A stretch of 64,000 nt of DNA from NCBI GenBank assembly GCA_951804945.1, contig OX638155.1, positions 5,518,001 through 5,582,000 of the forward strand, read 5' to 3'. The stretch is from Podarcis cretensis (lineage: Eukaryota). Shown here one piece after another: positions 46,795 through 58,981 of this stretch. The position numbers and the translations under genes are program-made. The first letter of the stretch is position 1. Every line of letters begins with the position of its first letter. The notes beneath the pieces were generated by a model, which worked only from the letters and a program-made list of their open reading frames with translations, ran no database searches and was not told the origin of the DNA.

Positions 46795-49209
46795 ATGGCC
46801 GGCAGACAGAAAGATAGCAGCAGATCCCTACGAAGGCAAGTACCTCTCCTCCTATTATTCTCTCTGTGTGGTCAGATTGCCTCAGAGAACATTCATTATT
46901 CCATCCCTGAGGAAATGGAAAAGGGCTCCATTGTGGGAAACTTAGCTAAAGACCTGAGCCTGAATAATGGAGAAATAGGAAATTACAATCTGCATATCCT
47001 TTCCCTAGGTAAAAAGCAATACTTCACTCTCAGTACAGAAAATGGAAATCTGTATGTAAGGGAGAGGATTGATAGAGAGGAATTATGTGGGCAAACTGCA
47101 TTCTGCTCCATCAATTTTGAAGTGGTGGTTGAGAGTCCTATGAATATTTTTCATATAACTGTAGAGATCCAAGACATTAATGATCATGCACCACATTTTG
47201 TAAATGGGGATATCAAGCTGGAGATAAGTGAATTGTCTTTACAAGGCGCCACATTTCTCCTTGGACAAGCTGAAGATCCTGATCTTGGGGTGAATTCTCT
47301 GCAGAATTACCACCTTAGCACAAATCCATACTTTATTCTGGAAGTGAGAGAAATAGAAGGCGAAAAGAAATATGCAGAATTAGTGTTGAATAAACAGTTA
47401 GATCGGGAAAGTGAAAGCAGTTTCCAATTAATCCTTACGGCGCTGGATGGAGGGAAGCCTGCCAAAACTGGAACAGCCAAAATATGGATCTCCGTCATTG
47501 ATGCAAATGACAACCCACCAGTCTTCACTCAAAAAGTATATACAGTCAAGCTCAAAGAAAATGCCCCCAAAGGGTCTTCAGTGGTCCAGGTGAAAGCCAC
47601 AGATAGAGATGATGGTTCAAATGCCCAGATAAACTATAGTTTTAGTAACATCCCAGAAAGTGCTCGTCAGAAGTTCCACTTGAGTTCACAAGATGGAACA
47701 ATCATAGTTAAGGAGGTTCTGGACTTTGAGGAAACAGACGGATATGTAATGGCAGTGGAAGCAAGAGATGGAGGTGGATTAGTGGCTCACTGTAAAGTTC
47801 AAATAACACTCCTAGATGAGAATGACAATGCCCCAGAAGTGATTCTGGCCTCTTTATCCAGCCCAATCCCTGAAGACTCTGCAGTAGGAACCCTGGTAGC
47901 CCTTATCAATGTAAATGATAGAGACTCTGGAGACAATGGAAAGATTGCTTGTGACATACAACACACTTTGCCATTCAAAATGGTATCAGCCTCCAATAAT
48001 TATTATAAGCTTCTCACAGATGCCCCCTTGGACAGAGAAAGAACTCCAGAGTACAATATCACAGTCACAGCCACAGACAAAGGCAACCCTCCTCTTTCCA
48101 CATACAAAACCATCACACTGCAGATCTCAGACATCAATGACAATTGCCCTGTCTTTGAGAAACCCTATTATACTGCCTATGTCCCAGAGAATAACCCTTC
48201 AGGCTCCTCCATTTTCAGGGTCAAAGCCTCTGACCCAGATGTGGACCAGAATGCTCAAATCACCTACTCCATTCGCAACAGCATCACTGAGGGGCTGCCT
48301 CTCTCATCCTTCCTCTCCATTAATTCTGAGACTGGCACTATCTATGCTCAGCGCTCCTTTGACTATGAGCAAGTTAGGGAGTTTCAAGTGGAGGTGAGGG
48401 CCGAAGATGGAGGCTCCCCCCGCCTCAGCAGCAATGCCACCATGAGAGTGTGTATTCTGGACCAGAATGACCAAAGCCCTCAGATTCTTTACCCTTCTCA
48501 AGGAGTAGAGGGCTCCTCCTTGTTTGAGATGGTGCCTCGCTCAGCAGAGGAGGGTTATCTGGTGACCAAGGTGGTGGCTGTGGATGCTGACTCTGGACAC
48601 AACGCTTGGCTCTCCTACTATCTGCTCCAGGCAACAGAACCTGGGCTGTTCTCCATTGGTTCCCATACTGGGGAGATCAGGACCTCACGGGCTTTTCTGG
48701 AAAGAGATGCTGTGAAGCAGAAGCTCATCATCTTAGTCAAGGATAATGGGCAGCCACCACTATCCGCTACCGTGAGTCTCAACCTGGTGTTTGCTGAGAA
48801 CTTCCAGGAGGCACTTCCGGAAATTAGCCATCAGCCCAGTGACTCCGAGTATCAATCGGATCTGCAGTTCTTCTTGGTGCTGGCCTTAGCTTTGATTTCA
48901 TTCTTATTCCTCCTGACAGTGATTCTGGCCGTTCTCATGAAGATTCGGCGATCAGGGAACCCCAAATTCCTGCAGTGTTTTGCTCCTGTTCCCCATTCAA
49001 ACAACACAGTCATTTTCCCACCAAACTATGAAGAAGGAACATTGCCGTATTCCTATCAGCTATGTTTATCATCTGAGTCCAGGGTACAGGAGTTCACCTT
49101 TCCAACTCCCAATGTTCAAACTGCAGAGAATATTTCAAGCAACACTGATGCACCTTTGACTGCCAATGGAGGCAATATCCTAATTTCTGAGATGGATAGA
49201 ACTGATATG
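46795..49209 (+). CDS. PCDHGB: Protocadherin gamma B-like variable exon V9 (subfamily Y, 805 codons to donor)
   Basis: Six EC repeats plus TM. Donor ATG|GTGAGT at 49209/49210. Confidence 0.93.
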
Positions 49210-49434
49210 GTGAGTTTTAATCTGAGCAGTATCTACATTATACATTCTTGCTGCTTAGAGAATGGAATTTTTTATGAATCTTTGTTGCTGATTCCGTAAT
49301 CTTTTTTTATACAACTAATATATTTTAATTTATTGTTTTTCAACCTACCTTTAGCCAACTAATTGGTTCATCTTGATTGAGTATTCTTTCAAGTCTGATT
49401 GGTTCATAAACTGTTGGAATTGGTTCTTTTAATG

Positions 49435-49436
<2 letters not shown>

Positions 49437-49475
<39 letters not shown>
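49437..49475. repeat. (TA)n microsatellite
   Basis: Directly visible. Confidence 0.95.
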
Positions 49476-49477
<2 letters not shown>

Positions 49478-51134
49478 CATTTTACTGGAAAATAACTATG
49501 TGTTTTCTGTTTTTGTGTGTTTATGAAAATGTGTTGAGTGGAGGAGACATTTTCCAGGAGAAATCAGGCCAAGGTGTTTTCCTGTAGTTCTTTGGGGCAA
49601 AATAAAATGAAAGGGGCTTTGGTAATCTTAAAATTATGAACATGTGGGGCCTTAGAATGAAATCGCTAATTGGATGTTATGAAAGAGAAAACATCTGATA
49701 TATTTCTCCCATAGTATCAGTAATTTCCAGAGAGTACTTTAAGTATTTAGAACATGTTCACATACATTATCTTAGTCTGTAGTCTGAAATGTATTTAGTT
49801 TTAAACATTTTTATCTGCCTTTCAACTGCAAGAGCAAGCCTGTCAAGTGTGGTCCCAAGTTTTGTCAGAGGCTGCAAGTCAGAGTTCTAAAGCTGCCTAG
49901 TAAATTTGTAACTGAAGAACTAGGAATCTCACAGCTCACACTTCAGCCCCTATATGAATTCTAGTGTATCTTAATTTGGATAGCCATTGGCAAAACCAAT
50001 TTTGAAAGGCCAGAAAAGAATAATTTAAATTAAGAAAAATGTAAAAGTAAAGTAGGGCTACCAACACAAAGGTATATACATCCCATGTCCAGAGAGAACA
50101 CAATAGTGCAAAACTATTTGCTGTTTTGAAAAGCCTCTGCCTGGTTATTTTATTTATGATTTATGGCTATGCCCTCAAAGCAGCTTGCAATTTAAAAGTC
50201 TAAAAATGCAAAAAAAGAGCCCTCAGTGAAATCATATGAATCAGTTCATTAAGATAACAATAATACTGATAATGTTGTTGTTGATGATGATAGTACTTAA
50301 ATAACGAATAACCTGTCCATAATGTTCTTAATAGCTTCTGACATCAGACAATAACGTCCACATCCTATATGCAGTATCCACACATTACAAATGAACAAAA
50401 TGAAAGTGAACAAAATAGATGAATACATGGAAGTTTGTCATATAAAATCTTGACTATAGCTTACAGAAACTGAAAGAAACCAAAAACCTTCAATGAGGTA
50501 TAACAGTATAATAATTCTCTTCTAAGCAATGGCTTCATTTCTTCCTGAAATTAGTTTGAGTCTTATACTTTTTGCAGTGGCTCCTCTCTTGGAACTGTGG
50601 ATCCCAGAATAAAAGTGCAAGACACATAAATGGGATAAACTAAAGCCACAACATTGTTAGCGACTGATCTGTGTCTTCCGCCCCTACTTAGTTGTCTTAC
50701 CTTCTGAACCTCCAGTGAGGAGTTCTCTTCCACTTAGATGAGACTTTAAGAAACCATCTCCTGCTGCCTCCCTTTGACCTGAAGAGCAAGAGTATAATAT
50801 GTGTTCTTGGCTTTTTATTGCCCTTATATATTAACATTTTGTTGCTAGTGTCACCCACCTCCAGGCCAGACAGCAGGCTAGCACATGCAAGCAGGCCTCA
50901 AGATACTCTCAGTCCTGGATCTCCTTTAATCAGTGACCCTTCAATGAATGGTTTGGGGAAACGTCTTTTCACTACCTTGATTTCTCAGTGTGTTCACCAG
51001 CCTACTCTCTGCACTCTGCCCTGATCCTGCCTGTTCTACTACCTAGTTAGGACCTAAGTACCTTGACAAAGCAAGATTGTTAACTTGCCACTCCCAACTT
51101 GGAAGTAGATAAAAATTGCCCCGTCAGAGAGCCT

Positions 51135-51137
<3 letters not shown>

Positions 51138-51177
<40 letters not shown>
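51138..51177. repeat. (TAA)n microsatellite
   Basis: Directly visible. Confidence 0.95.
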
Positions 51178-51492
51178 CCTACATAGCCCCAGCAGGGACC
51201 GATCATGCCTGTAAGATCTTCAGAAAGAGTGGGAGAGCACAAGTGCTGCCAGCTGCATAGGGATTCCCTTCATTGGCTGGAATGGGACATCTTTGGAGTC
51301 CTTTTGGAGAATTCTTCTCCCTCACTCGTCAAGCCTTTCTCCTAAGAAAGGAGTGGGAAAGTTCTGCAAGAGATCTGTGGTTGGGGGGAAATTGTTTTTA
51401 TGTTTTGACATTATCATGGAAATATACTAAACTTCCCAAGATTTTTTTAAGTGGAAACAGGAGATTAAATATATATATATAACCTGAGATGA

Positions 51493-51538
51493 CAATGTTG
51501 AGACTGTTGAGATTCCAATGTTGAGACTGTTGAGATTC
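51493..51538. repeat. Perfect 23-bp tandem duplication
   Basis: caatgttgagactgttgagattc x2. Confidence 0.9.
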
Positions 51539-51820
51539 TGGCGCTCAGGATTGTAACTTTGATAATATTATTTCCAAGATTCCACGAAAAGAATCCTTTG
51601 TTACATTGCAAGCCATTTACCCAGGCAAATGGAAAGGTTTGAAGTGTTATTGATTCCAAAACCAAAACAAAGATTCCCAAATATTCAGCTCAAGTCAAAA
51701 TTCAATAGAAATAGCTCCTGTGTAAACTTCCAATTGCATGTTTTCCCTACTGTATAAAACTATAATTACGTTGCATCCACGTTGCATTTTCTCTTAAATT
51801 GAAAGGTTGAAAACATCCCT

Positions 51821-51862
51821 TGCAGTTCTCCTGCTGAACCTCACAGTGCCGCTGTTGGCCAA
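51821..51862 (+). promoter_or_regulatory. CSE / CTCF site of V10 promoter
   Basis: tgcagttctcctgctgaacctcacagtgccgctgttggccaa (42 bp, CGCT core). Confidence 0.88.
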
Positions 51863-52105
51863 TCTAGTAGCCATACAGTGATGGAAATACACTGATCCTT
51901 TCTACAGCGAGCTTACTTCTTTAGTGCTGTGCAGATCAGGGAACAGAGAGAAGGCATTGCTGCTGACATAAAGAAAATACAAAAATGATTTTTACAAATT
52001 AAAGAGAAAGACAGATTATTCTTTTTTATGGAGACTTAGTGCATACTGGTGAAAATTTGATCTGGTTCTTAAAAAAAGGAAACAGCTGATTTTTCACAGA
52101 GCCAA

Positions 52106-54526
52106 ATGGAGAGAAGACACAAGAAGAATGGCAGGGCACTCACAAGGCAAGTACAGCTTCTCTTAATATTCTTGCCCTCCTGCTGGGCTGCTTCAGAGCA
52201 GATTCATTATTCAATTCCTGAGGAAATGGCTAAGGGTTCAGTTGTGGGGAATATTGCCAAGGATTTGGGACTAAATGCCAGAGAACTAGGGAAACGCAAC
52301 ATGCATGCTGTCTCAGTGGATGAAATGAAATATTTCACTATGAATGCAGAGAATGGAAACCTCTATGTAAATGACAGGATAGACCGGGAGGGAATATGTG
52401 GCAAAAATCCCCTTTGCTTTATTAATTTTGAGATGGTAATTGAAAGCCCCTTGAATATTTTCCATATAACAATAGCAATCCAGGACATTAATGATAATGC
52501 ACCACAGTTTTTCAATGGAAAAATCAACTTGGAGACAAGTGAGTTCACTGTACCAGGAACACGATTTCTCATTGGAGAAGCTGAAGATCCTGACATTGGG
52601 ACAAATTCTCTTCAGAATTACCATCTCAGCCCCAATCCATATTTCAGCCTTGATGTTAAAGAGAGTCAGGATGGAAATAAATTTGCAGACTTGGTGCTTC
52701 AGAAACCACTAGATCGGGAAAGTGAACAGACAATTCACTTGATCCTCACAGCCTTGGATGGGGGTGAACCTAGGAAGACTGGAACTGCTCAGATATGGAT
52801 TAATGTCACAGATGCTAATGACAACCCACCTATCTTCACTCAAGAGGTTTACAAGGTCAGTCTGAAGGAAAATGCTGCTGTTGGCTCCCTTGTGCTCCAG
52901 ATTTTAGCCTCTGATAAAGATGAAGGTACAAATGCCAAAATTAGTTACCACTTCAGCAACATACAAAAAAGTGCTCAACAGAAATTCAACTTGCATTCTG
53001 GTAATGGCACAATCACTCTTACGAGCCCATTAGACTTTGAGGAAACCAGAGAATATACTATGACAGTCGCAGCAAAAGATGGAGGTGGATTAGTAACACA
53101 CTGTAAAGTAGAAATACAGATTATTGATGAGAATGACAATTTCCCAGAGGTAACTCTGGTTTCCTTATTTAGTCCAGTCCCAGAAGATTCTGTGTCTGGA
53201 ACCTTAATTGCTCTGATCAATGTAAAAGACAAAGACACTGGTGAGAATGGAAAGGTTAGTTGTTATTTGAAAAACGATCAGCCCTTCAAGATTGTTCCCT
53301 CATCTAACAATTACTTCAAACTCCTGACAGACAGCCCTTTGGACAGAGAAAAAACTCCTGCATATAATATTATAATCACAGCCACTGACAATGGAACTCC
53401 CCCACTGAAGACCCATAAAGTCATCTTACTACAGATATCTGATATCAATGATAATGCCCCTTCCTTTGAGAAATCTTTGTATGCTATCTATGTGCCAGAA
53501 AACAATCCTTCAGGTGCCTCCATTTTCACCATCAAAGCCTCTGATTCTGACATGGACCAGAACTCACGGATCACATACTCCATCCTCAACAGCAACATTG
53601 AGGAGCTTCCCATCTCCTCCTATATCTCCATTAATTCAGAGACCGGCACCATCTATGCCCAGAGATCCTTTGACTATGAACAATTCAGAGAGTTCCAGCT
53701 GCAAGTGAAGGCCCAAGATGGGGGTTCTCCCCCTCTCAGCAGCAATGTGAGCGTCAGGGTGTTTGTTCTTGACAGGAATGATAACAGCCCTCGTATCCTG
53801 TCCCCCTCACAAGAAGCCAAGGGCTCAGCCTTGTTTGAGATGGTGCCTCGTTCGGCCGAGGCAGATTATCTTGTCACCAAGGTGGTGGCCGTGGATGCAG
53901 ATTCTGGACACAATGCCTGGCTCTCCTACCACCTGACTCAGGCCACTGAGCCGGCACTCTTCACAGTTGGTTCTCATACTGGAGAGATCAGGACAGCCAG
54001 GGCCTTTGTGGAGAGAGACGCTGTGAAACAGAGACTGATCATTATGGTGAAGGATAACGGGCAGCCGTCTCTCTCGGCCACCATGACTCTGAACCTGGTG
54101 TTTGCTGAGAACTTTCAGGAGGCCCTTCCAGAAATGAAGAGCCAACCCAGCAGCTTGGAGTATCAGTCTGACCTGCAGTTCTACTTGGTGCTGGCCTTAG
54201 CTGTGATCTCCTTCTTGTTCCTCTTGACTGTGATTCTGGCCGTTACAATGAAGCTGCGTCAGTCAGGGCATCCCAGGTTCCTACAGTGCTTTGGTCCTGT
54301 TCCCCATTCCAAGAATGGTGCCATCTTCCCACCCAACTTTGAAGATGGGACTTTGCCCTATTCCTACCAGCTGTGTCTGTCTTCTGAGACCAGGAAGAAT
54401 GAGTTTGCCTTCCTGACACCCAGTGTTCAGATGGTAGACAATATTGTTAGCAGTGAGAAACCTAGTGTTCCTTTTACAGGCAATGAAGGAAACAATTTAC
54501 ATCCTGAGATGGAGAATATTGACAAG
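52106..54526 (+). CDS. PCDHGB: Protocadherin gamma B-like variable exon V10 (subfamily X, 807 codons to donor)
   Basis: Six EC repeats plus TM. Donor AAG|GTAAAA at 54526/54527, positionally identical to paralogs. Confidence 0.92.
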
Positions 54527-56099
54527 GTAAAAATTATTTTCATTGCACATCTCATAAACATTTTTATTGTATTGTGCATATTTATGCATATATGGGCCCC
54601 TCTGACTTAAGTGGGCCTTTTTGCAGTCACTTACTGAGATTTCAGTCTGACATATCTGTGACTCAAGTTTCATCTGTCAGCAATTATGAACACTTTCCTG
54701 AAAAATAGGCACACCTAACACTGTGTTATGTCTCTTTTATATCATGATAACTTACCACTTACTTTGTGGCTTTCAACTTTTCACTAGCCTTCACCTTTTT
54801 TGTTAGTAAAGTGCAATGTGTCTCAAGTAGTTATGAAATTCTGTAGTTTGGCAAGTTCTTTTTAATAAGAGAAAAACTCATGTGTTGCATTTTCCCCCTT
54901 TAAGATGTGATCAGTGATTTTCAGGTTTCTTCTGTACTCTGTGTTTCAATCTCTGATTTAGAGTACTTTATTCCTTTCTGTAGAAAGACAATGACTCTTC
55001 TCCTTTCTAAAACCCACAAGCTTAAATAGTGTTGTTTCCCCCTTCCAGCCTATTTACATATTAAGCCTCCTCTACTTCCTCTCTCTCCATCCTCACTGCT
55101 TTCCAGAACTTTGAAGTTGTGTCACTCACAGCCCTGATATTACTTCTCTCCCACTTTGCTGTTTTGTGTTCCTTCCTCGCTATGGTAAAGGTTACCAACT
55201 GCTTTTCTCAGTAGACTGCTGAGAATCCCAGTAATAAGGCTGTTGGTAACCTTGCTGGCTATACAGTGGTGAGGGTATAGCCAACAGTCCCAGCACCAGC
55301 CACATTTAACTGTTGCCACGGACAATCCAATTATTTTTTTTAAAATGTTGACAATGTGTAAACCAAGAAAATCTTTAATAAAAATACATTTTTAAAAAAA
55401 TGTTGACAGTGACCCATTTGCAATATCTCAGTGAACCATTTGTAATATTAAACCTCCATCTGGAAGCACCCCAAGGCTCCAATTCTGTACATACCCTCCC
55501 AGGAGTAAGTCCCTCGGGTTAACTCCAGGTAAACATTCATTTGGATCATGCTGTTAATGATGTTAAAACTATGAAGAGGACACATAAAATGGCCTTTGAA
55601 TGATTGTACTAACTATAGATGTTAAAATGGAACAGTCCAGGTTGCAATACAATTCAACATGTTAATATTCCCTTCTAGTCAAAAAAAGCTACAATGCATG
55701 CTTTCTCAGATGCATGCTCCAAACTCCCTTAGGTTGTAAACCTTTTGCTTATCAATATTTTTATGCTTAGAGACTTTTTGCTGATATCCTCCGGCACTCA
55801 TTGGTGAAACTGATGTCTTGTGTCTTACTATTTGCGAACAATTTGCAAACATTCTTAAGTTTCGTGGTTAGTTGGATATGTTTCAGAATCAGATGCCTTT
55901 AGAGCTCATGCATTCAGAAGACATTCATACGTCCCTCCCTTGGTGCATTAGACTAGAAAAGACAAATGAAGGGTGAAATAAATCACAGTTCCTCTCTTGC
56001 TGCTTCCTTTATCATGTGATGCCACCTGGAGACCAATGCATAGATGAGAGTGCTTTGACGAAGCATGTGATCTGCATAGAATTGTTGTTGATACACCAT

Positions 56100-56590
56100 C
56101 AGGGTACATGGTACTCTACAGAGGTGCCCAATATCTGCAAAACCACTTTCTTCCATATCAGTCTGCCCATGCTTTAGCACATGAGGCCCTCTTGGTGGTC
56201 TCTAAACAGGATGGTGCAAGGCCCAGGGGAGGGCAGTGTCAGTGGTGGCTCCTCACATGTGAAACTCCCACCCTTCTAATGTGCATCTAGTCCCATATCA
56301 ATATAATTTTAGGTGGCTAGTTAAGGCAATCTTTTTTCAGGTGATGTTTGGAGAAGGAGAGACTTGATTAGAAAAAAAAGTGTTTAGTTTGCTGTTGCTG
56401 TTGCTATTAGGAAATTGCTACTTAGTTGGATTGTTATGAGTTGCTGTGTTTTCCATTTAACAATTTGTGCTAGTCTATGGATTTTATATATTGATTGTAT
56501 TTTATTTTATTTTATTTGATCTGATTGTAAACCTGTGGCTTGAAGAGTAGTGTATAAATCAAGTAGATAAATAAGCAAAAAATAGACAAA
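56100..56590 (+). mobile_element. Highly degraded L2-like LINE 3' end
   Basis: Weak resemblance to the 27610 element (gtggtggctcctcac..tgaaactccc, ttaaggcaatctttttt), with an A-rich end. Boundaries approximate. Confidence 0.4.
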
Positions 56591-57463
56591 TCTCTTCCTC
56601 CAAGGAGCAAGTCGTCTGACGTGCACAAGGGGTGGGGAATGGAATGATTAAGGATGAATGGTAATAAACACATTTTTACATGTGCTTAATTACCATGTTA
56701 CTCTATCATACTTTTGAATCCACGAATATGTATCCATGCATAGTTTCTGGAACGTGGAAAATACGTGCCCTAAAATAAGAATCATAACAAAATTCTGTAC
56801 CTGTCATCTTGTATATTCATATAATTTTATCATTTATATTCACACTTCTGTGATCACACATATGTAAGTTTCAACATTGTACTGAGCTGTTCATTTCTGG
56901 AGTGATCCAGCTCTCTGTTTGTTCAAACTGAACGTAGGACATAGAGGCATCCATGGATCTTTACAGGCCCTGGGCTCCAGGTATGGATGCCAGGAGCAAT
57001 ATTTGTATCTGGGGACCACATCTGTATCAAGACAGCACTATGGGCATGTCAAGTGTCAAGATGCATGATGTGGTTAAAGGAGGGTCTTTTCTAGAGCATT
57101 CAACACTGCAAACACCATCTAGCCCAGACACTCAGGATGCTTACTGACAGTCAGTTTGCCTGGGCCAGGAAGAGCAACCTGCAAGGATAGAGTGACTGAT
57201 GAATGAGATGGGCGGGCAAGGTGGGTCTCCAAAGCTCATACAAAAACATGTTTTGTATATGTAGAGGTCTCAGATTGTGAATCCAACTTAAGTCCAATTC
57301 TCATGGCACACTCAACCCCATGAATCAGGTGGCAATGGTTATGATCTGGTGCTGAGGTCTTTCTGCTGCTTTCAGTATTTTAAATGAAGTTGCATAACTA
57401 TTTCAGCTACGATCCTAGAACTGTGCAACTAGTTTATAAATGTTAATAGTATTGCAGTATTGT

Positions 57464-57618
57464 CAGCCTGGATAGTTCAGTTGGTTAGAGTATGATGCTG
57501 ATGATGCCAAGGCTGTAGGTTCTATTCCTGTATGGGACAGCTGCATATTCCTGCATCGCAGGGGGTTGGACTAGATGATCCTCAGAGTCCCTTCCAACTC
57601 TACGATTCTATGATTCTG
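57464..57618 (+). mobile_element. tRNA-Ile-derived SINE with CR1-type 3' tail
   Basis: cctggatagttcagttggttagagtatgatgctgatgatgccaaggctgtaggttctattcctgtatggg (tRNA-Ile-like), then cctgcatcgcagggggttggactagatgatcctcagagtcccttccaactctacgattctatgattct. Confidence 0.85.
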
Positions 57619-58667
57619 TGTCACAACAGCATTTGAAGATACATTGACAAACAGTTCAAACTTTGGCCAAACTGTTATTTAGCACTCATGCATGCCATTA
57701 GGTATTCACCTTAAAGACAGGCCAGCGTTTTAGTGACAAATGATGATAAAGTTAACTCTTTTTAAAGGTCTCTGTTTTATTCCTCTCTCTGTATTTTGTA
57801 CCCTGTAACTGGCATGCATAAAATGAATTAGAAGAATTTCACAAGTGTTTGTGCAAGCGTTTGGATAAGAGTTTGGAGTAAGTAGCAAGGACTTTTTTAG
57901 TCCTCTGTTGGGATTCTGCAGACCTTCGCCTCTGAGCAGAGAAGGTTATCTAACAGCAGAGCAAAAGCTCCACTGGAGAGGTCCTTCCTTGACCAGTGAC
58001 AGAACACTCCATTGCCATGGCTGTGTTGCAGGCAGTTCTCTATGGGTGGAAAAGGCAAGAAGGGGGTGCTCCAGGGAGGCTTTAGATTCCCTTGTTTCCC
58101 AGACCTACTCAAGGATGGAATAGGTGGGAAACTACACCAGCCCTGGAGTTATTTTCCTTCCCTGTGGAACCATATTTTTTTTTACAAGAAAGAAAATGGG
58201 GAAAGTAAACAGCCACCTCATATTTTGTGCCCTATTCATCACTTGGTTCCTCTGCTACAATTATCTCTGCCATCCATGCCGCCTGTCCAACCTCCATAGG
58301 ATTGCTCTGTTAGTTGCTCACCTTTTCATTAAAAATAGTAATATCGCTGAATTTTATTAAATGTATTGTTTTACAGAGGAGAGCTGGACATAGAAGTTGC
58401 ATTAATTGGCTACAAAATGTTGCTGAGTGCTAACAATCTCTTCCATCAGTTATCTGTGGAAGTACAGAGGGAAGATGGAAAATTTGAGGGATGAGGAGGT
58501 TGTTGCATCTCTAAAGCACTTGAAATATATTTCCATTTCCTGCTACTGTAAAAGCAAAACACCAGAAAGTAGTTACAAATCAAGAAAACCTTCTCATACT
58601 GCATTTGAAAATAGATTGCTCTTGTATTCTACATCTAAGCACTAGAGGAAGGGGGGAAAGCAGCACA

Positions 58668-58709
58668 TGAAGTTCTCCATCTCAGACTCAGAGTGTCGCT
58701 GTTGGCTAA
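58668..58709 (+). promoter_or_regulatory. CSE / CTCF site of V11 promoter
   Basis: tgaagttctccatctcagactcagagtgtcgctgttggctaa (42 bp, CGCT core). Confidence 0.87.
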
Positions 58710-58981
58710 TGTGCTGCATCTCATGGTACTGCATGGAATCTGCTAAGCGATGCTTCCTGCAGTGCCATTGTTCAGCCACAGACTGCAGAACTGGGAGATA
58801 GTAGAACACAGGGACGTTAAAACACTTTTGCTAAGGATATAAAACCCATTGCAACATATAGAAAGGGACAGTGACTGTTTTTATACTTGTTGTGGATTTG
58901 TGGGTCTTGATGGGAACTTGAGAATCTCCATCTAATGAAAATATGCAAGAAAAGAATAAAGCAATTGTCTCACCAAATCAG

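Noticed and set aside
30804-54145. Recurrent antisense and alternate-frame ORFs inside exons (e.g. 30804-31097, 42643-42963, 53825-54145 on minus; 160-aa + ORFs at 23557, 35595, 47915)
   Set aside because: They recur only because the host exons are near-identical paralogs. They have no independent motifs and often use non-ATG starts.
832-58709. Regularly recurring 41-42 bp motif as a CRISPR-like or recombination-signal array
   Set aside because: Vertebrate DNA with kb-scale spacing and one copy per promoter; matches the known cPcdh CSE/CTCF element.
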